Positions 25,368 through 37,990 of a DNA stretch of 64,000 nt are shown here, piece after piece. Source of the stretch: Octopus sinensis (taxonomy: Eukaryota); contig NC_043000.1 in assembly GCF_006345805.1 (NCBI RefSeq), positions 132,990,001-133,054,000 of the forward strand, in the 5' to 3' direction. The notes under the pieces were generated by a model. The model saw only the letters and a list, made by a program, of their open reading frames with translations, made no database searches and had not been told where the DNA came from. Made by a program: the position numbers and the translations under genes. Positions within the stretch are counted from its first letter, which is position 1; every line of letters begins with the position of its first letter.

Positions 25368-25515
25368 GGCGCAGGAGTGGCTGGTAAGTAGCTTGCTTAC
25401 CAACCACATGGTTCTGGGTTCAGCCCCACTGCGTGGCACCTTGGGCAAGTATCTTCTACATGTGCCTTGTGAGTGGATTTGGTAGACAGAAACTGAAAGC
25501 AGCCCATTGTATATA

Positions 25516-25607
<92 letters not shown>

Positions 25608-25790
25608 TCCCCCAACATTGCTTGACAACCGATGCTGGTATGTTTATGTCCCCGTAACTTAGCAGTTTGGCAAAAGAGACCAACAGAATAAGTACTAGGC
25701 TTACAAAGAATAAGTCCTGAGGTCGATTTGCTTGACTAAAGGCGGTGCTCCAGCATGGCCACAGTCAAATGACTGAAACAAGTAAAAGAG
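25368..25790 (+). mobile_element. SINE family A
   Basis: Head and tail match; short internal deletion near 25460. Confidence 0.8.
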
Positions 25791-25984
25791 TAATAGCTTA
25801 ACTGTATATGGTGTTGAAATGTTGCCTAGCTATAGATCAGCCCTGATCCAGCAGAGGTATAATCAAAAGCTTTTGTATAGAGTACCATCACTATATATAC
25901 TGCTGGGATATTGCAGTCAAACCGCAGAACAACCCTGATCAAACAGACCTACGATCAAAAGTATTTGTGCAGTGTATATGGTAC

Positions 25985-26210
25985 TCATAGTATTCTTTTC
26001 TACTCTAGGCACAAAGCTCAAAATGTTTGTGGAGGGGGACCAGTTGATTAGATCAACCCCAGTACACAACTGGTATTTAATTTATCAACCCTGAAAGGAT
26101 GACAGGCAAAGCTGACCTTGGCGGAATTTGAAATCAGAACATAAAAACAGATGAAATACCACTAAGCATTTTGCCTAGCATGCCAACAATTCTGCCAGCT
26201 CACCACCTTG
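25985..26210 (-). mobile_element. SINE family N
   Basis: Matches the family N body. Confidence 0.7.
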
Positions 26211-27254
26211 TATAGTATTGGTACTTATAGTATTGAACCATTTTGATATATGGTAGCATTATAACATATAGTGTTGATTCATATATTAAAATTCAAGGAA
26301 TAGTTTCAGACATTGCCAAATCAGATTGGAGCCTGTTGCAGCTCTCCAGGTTACCAGTTTCAGTCAAACCATCTAACCCATGCCATCATGGAAAAGAGAC
26401 ACTAAATGATGATGATGATAATGATGATGACGATAATGATGATGATGATAATGATAAGGAGAATGAATTCTTTTGATACCAACTTGTTCGAGACTGACTT
26501 TTGGTTCTATAATATAAATTTTCACTTTTAAAATTATTTAAATTGAATCTCTCAAAACTTCATGTAAATTTATGTTACAAACATTGGCTTCATAATGAAA
26601 AATTAATTTATTAAAGTTTTCAATATTTTCAAAATTAATTGAAATAAAAACAACATATTTTAACAGAAATATGTTGACAAATGAGTTAACAATCTACCTT
26701 TGTGTGACGATTCTCCCCCACACCTCTGAGCTGACTGAAGCTAACAATATTAGTTTAAGTCAACATGTAAACGTCTATGTAATTATTTTATAACTCACTC
26801 TCAAGTTACACTAAAAAAAAGAACCCTAGTCATCACTAATAAGTAAGTATAACCTTGTAGCATGGTATATACTTTTACTTTTGCAGATAGTTTCATAGGT
26901 GCCTATGTAGTCATGAGCAGACATAGACACTTCTTAGACCTCTTTCCTTTGAAAAATGGAACATCAAAGATGTGATAGCTGAAGAGGGAAAAGGCTGTAC
27001 CAGCACATAGCTGGTTCCCATTTTTGTCTAAATAGACTGAAGCAACACAAATGAAGTGCATTGCACAAGGGTACAAGGCACTGCTCAGTCCAAGAATAGA
27101 ACCTATAGTATTATGATAACGAGCCCAACAAGTTCACTCTACCATCTTCACAAACAAGGAGGACACATAAGATAATGTGGTCCGAGATGCACTGTGCCTA
27201 GGAAAACGACAGGGATATTAAGGTTGAAACCTCATTACTCACGGAACTGCTTAA

Positions 27255-27476
27255 CCCTTTCGATACCAACCCCGCTGAAACCGGCTCTAGCTCTGGAGTG
27301 CAAATGTTTTGTTTTCATAAGTTTTGAATTAAAGTCTTCCACCAAACCTTAGTCACAATTTATGTTCCTAACACCAGCTTAATGATAACTAAGTTATTTT
27401 ACTAAATTCTTTGTTATATTTATAATTAATTGAAAGAAACACAGAGCATCTCAACAGAAATATGGTAACAAAAGGG
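27255..27476. mobile_element. piggyBac-type MITE P1 (opposite orientation to 2915-3136)
   Basis: TTAA-CCCTTTCGATACCA ... TGGTAACAAAAGGG-TTGA. A degenerate copy lies at about 26466-26690. Confidence 0.75.
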
Positions 27477-27619
27477 TTGATCAGGACAGATTGGGTGATT
27501 AACAACCCACAGCAAAACCATTAACACAGGCCTTAACATACTTTTTATAACCCAAGGAAACTTTGCATTCAAAACATCTGAACAAATATTCAATGGTAAA
27601 ACAAAAAAAATCTCACTTG

Positions 27620-28035
27620 AAATCCTGTGTGGTTAAGAATCTTGCTTTGCAAACACATGGTTTCAGACTCAGTTCCACTGTGGCACCTTGAGCAAGTATC
27701 TTCTACCATAGCCCCAGACCAACCAATACCTTGTGAGTGAGTTTGGTAGTTGGGATCTGTATAAAAACTTGCCATCTTTGTGTGTGTGTGTGTGAGTGTG
27801 TGTGTGTGTGCGTGCGCACATGCATGTACATGCATGCGTGTGAACTGCTTGACAACCAATATTATTTTGCTTGCATCCTCATCACTTAGTGGTTCAGCAA
27901 AAGAGACTGATAGAGTGCGTAATTTATCAGACTTAAAGAAAATTAAGTATTTAGATTGATTTGTTTAACTAAACCCTTCAAGGTAGTGCCCCAGCATGGC
28001 CACAGACGAATGACAGAAAAAGTGAAAGAGCAAAA
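27620..28035 (+). mobile_element. SINE family A (diverged)
   Basis: Family A motifs in the expected order. Confidence 0.6.
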
Positions 28036-28419
28036 GTGTATGTAATGGATTTTCTGTAATGTGTCAGTTAATTTCCCATTTATTTAACTTGTGTTGTTTG
28101 CAATTAATAAAATTTTTAGCATTCTTAGTGCACTACACAAAATTTATTTAATTTACCAAAATAATCTGCATCTCATAATGTAAAATAAAACACAATTTAT
28201 TTAATGAAGAGCTCATAAGAGAGAATAATAAATAATATTTTTGCACTCAATAGTTTTCTGTTTTTCTCATTAAAAATCAATAGGCACCTAACTTGAAGCA
28301 AACAATATTAGACTATCTGAAAAGAAACATTGTGTTAACAACAAACAAGATGAGGACAAATATCCGTCAAATGTAAATAATGTAAATAAAGAAGATGAAT
28401 GTTTTTGAGGATTTTTGTA

Positions 28420-28845
28420 GCACCATCCGAGCATGATTGTTGCCAGAGCAGCTGACTGGCTTCCGTACCAGTGGCACATAAAAAGTACCATTCGAGCGTG
28501 ATCGTTACTGGCACTTGTGCTGGTGGCATGTGAAAAAAACATTCAAGCAAGGTCATTGCCAGTTCCGCTGGACTGGCTCCTGTGCAGGTGGCACATAAAA
28601 AAAAACAACATTTGAGCGTGGTCGTTGCCAGTACCGCCTAACTGGCCCTCATGCCGGTGGCACGTAAAAGCACCCACTACACTCAGAGTGGTTAGCATTA
28701 GGAAGGGCATCCAGCTGTAAAAACTCTGCCAGATCAGATTGGAGCCTGGTGCAGCCATCTGGTTTGCCAGTTCTCAGTCAAATCGTCCAACCCATGCTAG
28801 CATGGAAAGTGGACATTAAACAATGATGATAATGATGATGATGTT
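28420..28845 (+). mobile_element. SINE family B
   Basis: Subrepeats, core and (GAT)n tail. Confidence 0.8.
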
Positions 28846-29104
28846 TAATTAGTGAACACACTTTGACCTTTTAATTTTTACAATAGTCTCCTTGGGCCAA
28901 TAAGGGAACATCTAAAATTGCACAAGCCAACAAAGAAGTTTCCATGCTATCATACAGGCCAATGAAGAGAACTTTATATTACAGTTTGAGCCAATGTAAA
29001 ACTTTCTATGTCGTTACTTGACCTGCCAGAAACAATAGCCAAATCTCCCTCAAATAAGGCCTAACCATCTTCGATTAAAAAAAAAAGATACTTTGAATAC
29101 ATAC

Positions 29105-29495
29105 TCTTTACTCTTTTACTTGTTTCAGTCATTTGACTGCAGCCATGCTGGAGCACCACCTTTAGTCGAGCAACTCGACCCTGGGACTTATTCTTTGTAA
29201 GCCCAGTACTTATTCTATCAGTCTCTTTTGCCGAACCGCTAAGTGACGGGGACATAAACACACCAGCATCGGTTGTCAAGCAATGCTAGGGGGACAAACA
29301 CAGACACACAAACATACACGCACACATATATATACATACATATATACAACAGGCTTCTTCCAGTTTCCGTCTACCAAATTCACTCACAAGGCTTTGGTCG
29401 GCCCAAGGCTATAGTAGAAGACACTTGCCCAAGGTGCCACGCAGTGGGACTGAACCCGGAACCATGTGGTTGGTACTACAGGCTCCTGCGCCTGT
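29105..29495 (-). mobile_element. SINE family A
   Basis: Reverse complement of family A. Confidence 0.8.
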
Positions 29496-30441
29496 AGTAT
29501 TAGATGTATTAAGAGACAGATGGTTGAAATTCATACACCTTTGATCATAAGTTTACTTGTTCAAGATTGACCTGGGATTAAACAACAATCTCTTAACTTT
29601 CAATCGTCTCAGTCAATATTTCAGCTTTTAATTGCATAATAGTTATTTTATACTTACTACAAATATAGAATTCATTTGATTAAAAATGCCATATTTCTAG
29701 AGTGAAGTGAATCAACCTACTATGTAATACTGATTCTTATTTTGTTAACCCCAAAGGGTGAAAAAAGCAATGTTCACATCAAATGATCAAACAAATCCAG
29801 AGGTTATTGGTTAAATATTGAATGGTATTTGGTTGGTCATGAAATTATTTGAGACACTCCATTCTTCTTGAATAAGTAAAAATAAACTATTATTTGTAAC
29901 AAATCAATCATTTATTTTTAATTCCAAAAGCATTCAAAATGATAGGAGGGTATTTTTGGACACTTCTGAAATATCAAAATTCTTCTGAACCCTGTTTAGT
30001 AGCACTAGAATGCTTTAGGAGTATAACTGAAGACAAGAACAGTCCCAAGAATTTTATCAATTTTAATAAATTTAAGCTACTTCTATGTTTTTGTTTTAGA
30101 CATTTTATGACCATATTTTTTCAATGAAACACATTGTTTGTGTTCCACTTTATTTTGAACAAAATGAAAAAAAATTGGAAGGATTTAGTTTAATAAATAT
30201 TTCATTATTAAGAACAGCTTAATAATTTGGAACATAAGAGGTTCTTGTATGAAATTATGAGCAAAGTATTAATTTAGATATGAACATTTTAAAATAAGGC
30301 TTTGTATCAGTACCAGAGGTGGTCTTATTATTTGATAAAAATCCAGTTTCAAGAAGATTAATACAAATATTTGAAATAGTTTTGTGCTATGGATACATTA
30401 ATTTATTTTCATGCCAGCATGGAAAGTGGGCATTAAACAAC

Positions 30442-30476
<35 letters not shown>

Positions 30477-30634
30477 CTTTGTTGCATATGTGAAATATAT
30501 CTATGTCTTAATTGAATGTATGAAATATACTTAAATCTTGTGTATGGGTGTGTACATACACACACATATATATACTACTGAAAGCTAAATATAAATACAT
30601 ACGTATATTACAAAGTATAGTGGTTTTAGAAAAA

Positions 30635-31002
30635 ACTAGCAGTATTGCCCGGCGTTGCTCAGGTTTGTTTCAACCCTTTAGAATTGAAATTTTTGAAAAG
30701 TAAAAATGTTGCATTATGTAGCTTGTTGTTCTCTTTAAGTGAACATTTTTCTGGTTGAAATACACCGAAAAATGGCGACACAGCAGTCAAAAAATTGTAA
30801 AAAAATAGGGATTTTTATAGAAAAAAACTACCTTTTTGATGTAAATAATATTTGGTGCTAACATGGTCCGATTTGAATTTTTCCTTCTACGGAAGGAAGA
30901 GCAAGTTTTGGTCAACTTGCGCTGCAGGGTCTCAGAGGAGATAGTGTTAGTTGAAGGCTACCAAACCTGCCATACACAGACAACTTCAGCTTTATATATA
31001 GA
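30635..31002 (+). mobile_element. Family H1 Helitron-like element
   Basis: ACTAGCAGTATTGCCCGGCGTTGCTC start; ACAACTTCAGCTTTATATATAG end. Confidence 0.65.
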
Positions 31003-31500
31003 GAGATAAAGCATGTTCCACACATGTAACAAACAACTATAAGAGATAACAACAGGGAAAGTATCCCAAACAAAACACTGTCTCAGAAAACTCATCAATT
31101 CTGTGCCAGCAATAATGATGCTGAGGAAGAGGTCTATGTCAGATATCATCTTTATGCCTACTTTCCATGCTGGCATGGGTAGGATGATTTGAGATGGAGC
31201 TGGCTAGCAGGGAGCTGTGCAGACTCCAAGTGTCTGTCGTGGCATGGTTTCTATGGCTGGAATCCTTCCTAACACCAGAGTCTGCTGGATGCTTACTATG
31301 TGCAACCAGCATGGGTGCATTTATGCAGCACTGGCAGTGGTGCATTAATGCAGCATCAGCACAGGTGCACTAATGTAGCACCTGCATAGGTACTTTTTAA
31401 GTGGTACTGGCTCCTGAAAGGACAAGTCTGTACACGAGGAAGACAGTCATTTTGTTACTTAGTTTGACATGTCTTATGTAGTGTATGGTGTATATAACTT

Positions 31501-31806
31501 ACTAGCAGTATCACCCGGTGTTGCTCGGGTTTGTAAGGGAAATAACTATATAAGCATTTTTAGAGAGTTACTTCCTTTATATAAACCGAGAAAAAATGCA
31601 TTAAAAATGCGGAAAAATTATGGTAAATTTTTTTTTTAATCGTAGCCTCATCGTAGACGCGCGCTAATACCCAGAAGGGCTTGATATGAATCACGACTAT
31701 AAGATACCCGCTTTTGGTTAACCTGCACTGCAAAATGTGGGAGTAGTTAGGAATCTAAATCGGAGTAGACAGACACACACACAACTTCAGTTTTATGTAT
31801 AAAGAT
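31501..31806 (+). mobile_element. Family H2: H1-like termini with an unrelated interior
   Basis: ACTAGCAGTATCACCCGGTGTTGCTCGGGTTTGT start; CACACACAACTTCAGTTTTAT end; the middle differs from H1. Confidence 0.6.
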
Positions 31807-31941
31807 TAGTTCATTGGAGCACAAGTGAAAACATCCTCATTCCTCTTCAAATTATGCTTATCTTATAATCCAAACTCATCACTAGAGGCTCATAAAATAC
31901 TTTTTAATCACAAGGTAGTCTAACCTTCTATAATATGATAT

Positions 31942-32244
31942 CTCAAACACAGGATAATGCTAATAATATAGCCTGAACAGGATAAACTACCCCTATTTTG
32001 CAGTGTTGGTGGCTGGCTATGGGACTTGAACTCACACCTCCGCCAAACCACCCACACCATAAACCGCAATATATGTAAGATTAATTGGTGTGGGCAGTTT
32101 AGCTTAATTGGTTCACAGCACTGTGATGTCTAATCACGGAGGTGTGAGTTTGAGTCTCATAGCCGGCCACCAACATTTTTTTCTGCAAAATAAGGGTAGC
32201 TTATCCTGTTCGGGCTATATTATTAGCATTATCCTGCGTTCGAG
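31942..32244. repeat. Fold-back element with arms of about 100 bp enclosing a tRNA-like unit
   Basis: 31942-32042 is the reverse complement of 32137-32244, apart from a few substitutions and the missing T-run (7 T on the right arm). Confidence 0.85.
32092..32172 (+). pseudogene. tRNA-like relic (anticodon loop TGTCTAA, Arg-UCU-like) ending in CCA
   Basis: A-box-like TAGCTTAATTGG; anticodon stem CTGTGA/TCACGG; T stem GTGAG/CTCAT with TTTGAGT loop; 3' GCCGGCCACCA followed by a T7 run. Acceptor stem imperfect. Confidence 0.55.
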
Positions 32245-33269
32245 AATTTAAAATCAATTCTTTAACTTTCTAAGACATCTCAACACTTATAAAGCAAACT
32301 TCGTTTGTTTACATTCATCGTAATTTGAATTTAATATGATATCTATTTTCACCAATATGGACTGTGTAGTTAAGAATTTAATTTTGTAACTGCAGAGTTT
32401 CAGATTCTATTTCACTTCATCTTCCTTGAAAAAGTATCTTCTACTAAAATCTCAAGTAACCTCAAGTTGACCAATGTATAATGAGTAAAATTTGGTACAA
32501 AGAAACTGTACTGAAGCCCATTGTATACGTATATATGTATATGTATGTATACATAAAGATAAAAGATGTAAACATCAGTGAGAAAAACAAGAAACCAGCA
32601 TTCAGATGAAGTCCTTTGTGATATTTCTTCCACCCAAGTTGCTATACAATCCCTCATCAATCTTACCATCATAAATACTGCAAACCAGTGTTTGGTCCAT
32701 TGTAAACCTGTAACAAACAAAATGTTATACAAAAGAAAATATAATTAAATGACTTAGCCATAGTAACAGTACAGTGCCAGTGACACACCACAAACTGTTA
32801 ACCTTTTAGCCATTAATCTGACATTCCGAAGCTCAGCTAGTTGCAATATATGTAAGATTAATTGAAGTTATTCCCACATCAATTTACATTATACATCTCA
32901 ATAACATTGAATGATCAAACAAATTCTATAAAACAGATTAGAGTTTTTCGTGTCCAAAATATATCTTGAATAGATGTACAGTACAGAATGCGATTCATTA
33001 ATCACTCAAGTTAGGAATCATGTCTACCTGAACAAGGCGATACAAAACCATCCCAATTTATTCTTCATTTTATAGAAAACTTTATAGATGCTACAACTAC
33101 AGTATTACCAAAATTTCACTTCAGCTCTATGTCTTACAAAAGATTCACCTAAAAACAAAGTGTGAAGAAGAGTGGCATATTTAACTGAAATAGTCAAATA
33201 TCTCTTGCTGAAGGAATCGGTGAAGTATTCCAGTGTATTCATTTCTTTAGTCACTACATTTAGCTCAAT

Positions 33270-33690
33270 TCATCATCATCATCATCATCATCATCATTGT
33301 TTAACGTCCGCTTTCCATGCTAGCATGGGTTGGATGATTTTGCACCAGGCTCCAATCTTGATCTGGTAGAGTTTCTACAGCTGGATGCCCTTCCTAATGC
33401 CAACCACTCCGAGAGTGCACAGGAAACCAGTCCAGCGGCAGAGACAACAACTTCGCTCAAATGTTTTTTTATGTGCCACCAGTGCAAGTGCCAGTAAGGT
33501 GACGCTGGTAATGATCACGCTTGAATGGTGCTTTTTATGTGCCACTGGCACAGACGCCAGTTAGCCGCTCTGGCAACGATCACGGTCGGATGGTGCCCTT
33601 AGCACTCTAATAGCACGGGCACAAGTGCCAGTAAGGCAACACTGGTAACGATCACACTCGAATGGAGCCTTTTATGTGCCACTGGCTACA
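33270..33690 (-). mobile_element. SINE family B
   Basis: (CAT)n, core and subrepeats. Confidence 0.75.
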
Positions 33691-33824
33691 GTACTAACTC
33701 TATATATAAATGAAACAGTAGAATTAGAGGAAATTAGAGATGGTCCATATTCGCAAATGATAGTAAAGACAAACAGTATTTCATATGGTGGAATAATTTA
33801 CTCCCCTCTCTTTTATTTCTGTTA

Positions 33825-34520
33825 CTTTTCTTTTACTTGTTTCAATCATTAGACTGCAGCCAGGCTGGAGCACTGCCTAGAAGTATTTTAGTCAATTGGG
33901 TTGACCCCAGTACTTATTTTTTAAGCTCTATTAGTTTCCTTTGCTGAACTACTAAGTTACAGGGGCATAAACACACCAACACCAGTTGTCAAGTAGTGGT
34001 GACAGACAGACATACACACACACAGACACACGCACACACTATATATATATATACACACACACACACACATACACACACACATATACATACACACACATCA
34101 TCATCATTATCATCATCGTTTAATGTCCGTTTTCCATGCTAGCACGGGTTGGACGGTTCGACCGGGGTCTGGGAAGCCAGGAGGCTGCACCAGGCTTCAG
34201 TCTGATCTGGCAGTGTTTCTACAGCTGGATGCCCTTCCTAACACCAACCACTCCATGAGTGTAGTGGGTGCTTTTTACGTGCCACCGGCACAGGTGACAG
34301 GGGAGCCTGGCTTCGGCCACGATCGGTTGGTGCTTTTTACATGCCACCGGCACAGAAGCCATTCAAGGCGGCGCTGATATATGACAGGCTTCTTTCAGTT
34401 TCCGTCAACCAAATCCAATCACTAGGCTTTGGTTGGCCCAAGGTGCCATGTACTGGGACTGAACTGGAACCATGTGGCTGGGAACCAAACTTCTTTCCAC
34501 ACAGCCACACCTGCAAATCT
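33825..34520 (-). mobile_element. SINE family A interrupted by a SINE B copy (34098-34378)
   Basis: A tail at 33825-34010 and A head at 34380-34520 flank a B copy sitting in the internal microsatellite. Confidence 0.7.
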
Positions 34521-34589
34521 TCAGTAAACTGGATGAGACTTATACACAAGTCAACTTACACGTAAGTAAATATGGTAATTTTTGCAAAG

Positions 34590-34905
34590 GTGATTGGCTT
34601 AGTAGTTAGGGTATCCAGCTCATGATTGTAAGGTTGTAAGTTCAAATCCTGGTAGTGTGTTGTGTCCTTGAGCAAAACACTTTATTTCACATTGCTCCAG
34701 TCCACCCACCTAGCAAAAATAAGTTGTATCTGTGATTCACAGGACCAGCCTTGTTACATTCTGTGTCACACTGAATCTCCCTGTGAACTATATCAAGGGT
34801 ATGCATGTCTCTGGAGTGTTCAGCCACTTGCACATTCATCTCCCAAGCAGACTGTTCCAGTGATCAGATCAACTGAAAGCCTCATCATCATAACCGACAG
34901 AATAC
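34590..34905 (+). mobile_element. OR-like CORE SINE
   Basis: Same body as 2725-3255 without the MITE. Confidence 0.7.
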
Positions 34906-36209
34906 CAGTTTTATGGTAATTCCTACTGGGTCATTGGATTGTGTAGTTTACTAAGTAAGACCTTACTTAGCTTGAAATAGGTTTGGCAGTATGGTGAAGT
35001 TTACAGTTGTAAACAACAACTACACTGTACATATGATGTGTGCATCACTGATTTGCAAAGAATTTAAATTCTACCCTAGGTATACCTTGAAAATCAATAT
35101 TGGTTAATCACTTGTAAAAGGCATTTCATAACGGAAAGTCAATCCACTGAGATAAACAGGTATTGATTAAGTACCATATCAATAAAGATATGTAGATTGA
35201 TATCTCAGTTGAATGTATAATGCTATTTAATTTTGATGATATGTTGTATGGCAAACATAGCTAACCCATATCATCATGGAAATATCAAATGTTAAAATGA
35301 TAATGATGATTAAATGACAAAGCTGATATGATAATGTTAATGCTAAGCTGATAATGCTTTATATTTTTTAGTTGTATTTGTTACTAGTAGATGGCTGTCC
35401 ATAGATTTGCACAAAATTAGAATATATTAGCTTGATGAATTGTGCCATGCTGAAATAGAGTTGAAAGAGTTAGGCTAACATTAGTAGTTTCATGTTATTA
35501 AATTACAGTTAGTGATCTAGTGGTTTTATTTCCATCAAATACTAGATGATGACAAGGTCAAAAAACTTTTTCCCACCAATTCTAGAGGATGTCATTAGGA
35601 GAAGATGCTTCTGATTATATGGTTATTACCAAATGTGGCAACAGGAAAGGAAGAAAAAAAATACAATAATAATTGTGTAAAATAAATAAAGCCATAAGTC
35701 GGGTAAATGGAAACGCAGAAGAGTTGACATTACAGATTTAGACAGAAATACAGGAAGGAATATGAGACAATTATGGAGAAACAAATGTGTAAATATTTAA
35801 GGAGAGAACTGAAACAAAATGTAAAATAAACAATAGAATATATGTAGGGAAGTGAAGTTGAAGCAATTTGGTTGTATCATAATTTCAAATTTCTACACTA
35901 CACACACACACAAATAGATGAATCCTATATCAATTTCAATGGTAAGTATTCCATGTTTTTGATCAGCTGATCTATGAATCTAATGTATTGTAATGAAATT
36001 AGGTGAGTATTCCACAGGCAGGTATCTTTAATATATTCAGGTAAAATCAGTGGGTGACAGATCTGACATTTAAAGTACAGATACAGTCCATCCTATGTAT
36101 TTTCTGTCAACTAAATTTCAACTCATAAGACCTGATGCTATAGTAAAACACACACATAAACATTTTAATGAAATCAAACCAAATAATGATATTCTAGAAA
36201 CATTTTATA

Positions 36210-36260
<51 letters not shown>

Positions 36261-36270
36261 CATCGTATCA

Positions 36271-36430
36271 GGACAATTACTCTTCATAAGACAATTCCTC
36301 CTGACGACAACTACTCACTAGGACAATTACCTCTCTTGGTTAATTACCCACCTTCCAATATATTAAGAAGTTTTAAATCATCATGTTGTCCTCAGGGGTA
36401 ATTGTCCTGGGGGAGGGGATGTTATTGTCC
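36271..36430. mobile_element. Small MITE-like element with GGACAATTAC / GTAATTGTCC subrepeats
   Basis: Several GGACAATT/AGACAATT motifs on the left and inverted AATTGTCC/TATTGTCC motifs on the right. Confidence 0.45.
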
Positions 36431-36434
36431 ATGG

Positions 36435-37120
36435 TGATTGGTTTGAAATTATGTGACGTCAGACAACAAATCCGGGACCCCACCACTAGGAAAATTCCGA
36501 TTAGCCAGCACCTAGACCAATGCCCCATAGACAAAAACCCTAAATACCAAATCTTCCCTCTCTATCAATGCACTGGAAACACTTCAACCCAATTCCGTTT
36601 AAATAAGGGAAACATACTGATTAAAAAATATAAACCACAGCTAAATATCCTTTGGAAAGAAGAAAAATCAGTATAAAGAAGAGAAAAAACATCCAATTTC
36701 AACACAAAAAAAAACAATAAAATCTTAGTAACAATCATCCACTCAGGTTTCGAAACCGCAGCTCCAAATCACCACAGAAACACAAAATGCTGACGTCACC
36801 CACCTCCAGTCCAATGAAATTCCACAAACACCAGTTGCTGATGTCACATGATTCCAAACCAATCAAAACCGAACTTCAGCGAATACAACGAAAAGACCTT
36901 TAAGAGAACCAACCAACCGGAGCGACCTACAACCGTATCCACAAGGAAACCAACCAAGAAGAACGACAAGCTTGACCAGGGAAGAAAAACATCATCAATT
37001 TTTTAACGAATCAAAATCAGATCTGCTCGCAGAAAAAAAAATTATAAATACATCTTTCCCTAAAACATACCATTACAAGCGAAAGTGACTGTTTGAAGAA
37101 GATCTGAGAAACCGTAAACC
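36435..37120 (+). mobile_element. Penelope-like element, 5'-truncated: GIY-YIG endonuclease C-terminus plus pLTR
   Basis: 36461-36676 translates RQQIRDPTTRKIPISQHLDQC...IFPLYQ...RLNKGNILIKKYKPQLN, matching the R..KE..I...KP.LN GIY-YIG end. An inverted 33-bp piece of the downstream region sits at the 5' junction. Confidence 0.65.
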
Positions 37121-37459
37121 AAATTTCCCTTTTTTTTACTATTTTAATTCTCACACTTGTTTTTTTTTTCAGTATGACTTGTCGACCACCACTGAAATTA
37201 ATGAACCTTGTACATTCTAACAAATTAATATACAGTTTTAATTTCAAACTTACACCTTCTGTTTTGAACATTTTAATTTATCAACAATGAAACATTTTAG
37301 TTTGTCAACATTGAACTTATAACGATTTTTTTCTAATTTTACACTTTAACCATTGATAAACAAAAAATATTGTTGAAACTAGTTTGTATATATGTCAATA
37401 ATGTATTTTAAACATTTACGAGCTTTTGAAGTTAAAGTGCATTTTCAACAACACATTTT

Positions 37460-37661
37460 CCTATATATATATATAATATATATATATATATATTATATAT
37501 ATTATATATATTATAATATATAATATATATATATATATAATATATATATAATATAATATATACATATATATATATATAATATTTATATACATATATATAA
37601 TAATATATATATATATATAGAATATATATAATACATAATATCATAGATCTATATATATATA

Positions 37662-37693
<32 letters not shown>

Positions 37694-37990
37694 ATCTATA
37701 TATATAATATTATAATAATATAATATATATATATATATATGTTATAGATATATATATATATTATATATTATATGTATATTTATATATATATATGTATATA
37801 TAATGTATGTATATACATATATACACATGTAGATACATATATATATACATTATAAATACATATATATATATATATATTATACACACACTCATGTATATAC
37901 ATATACATATATATATACATACATGTATATACATATATATATATATATATATACATACATACACATGTATATATGTGTGTGTGTGTGTGG
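37460..37990. repeat. Very AT-rich (TA)n-derived low-complexity tract
   Basis: Direct reading. Confidence 0.95.

Noticed and set aside
37089-37120. Possible hammerhead in the Penelope pLTR (TTGAAGA...GAAACCGTA)
   Set aside because: C3 is missing, and stems I and II are not convincing; relic at best.
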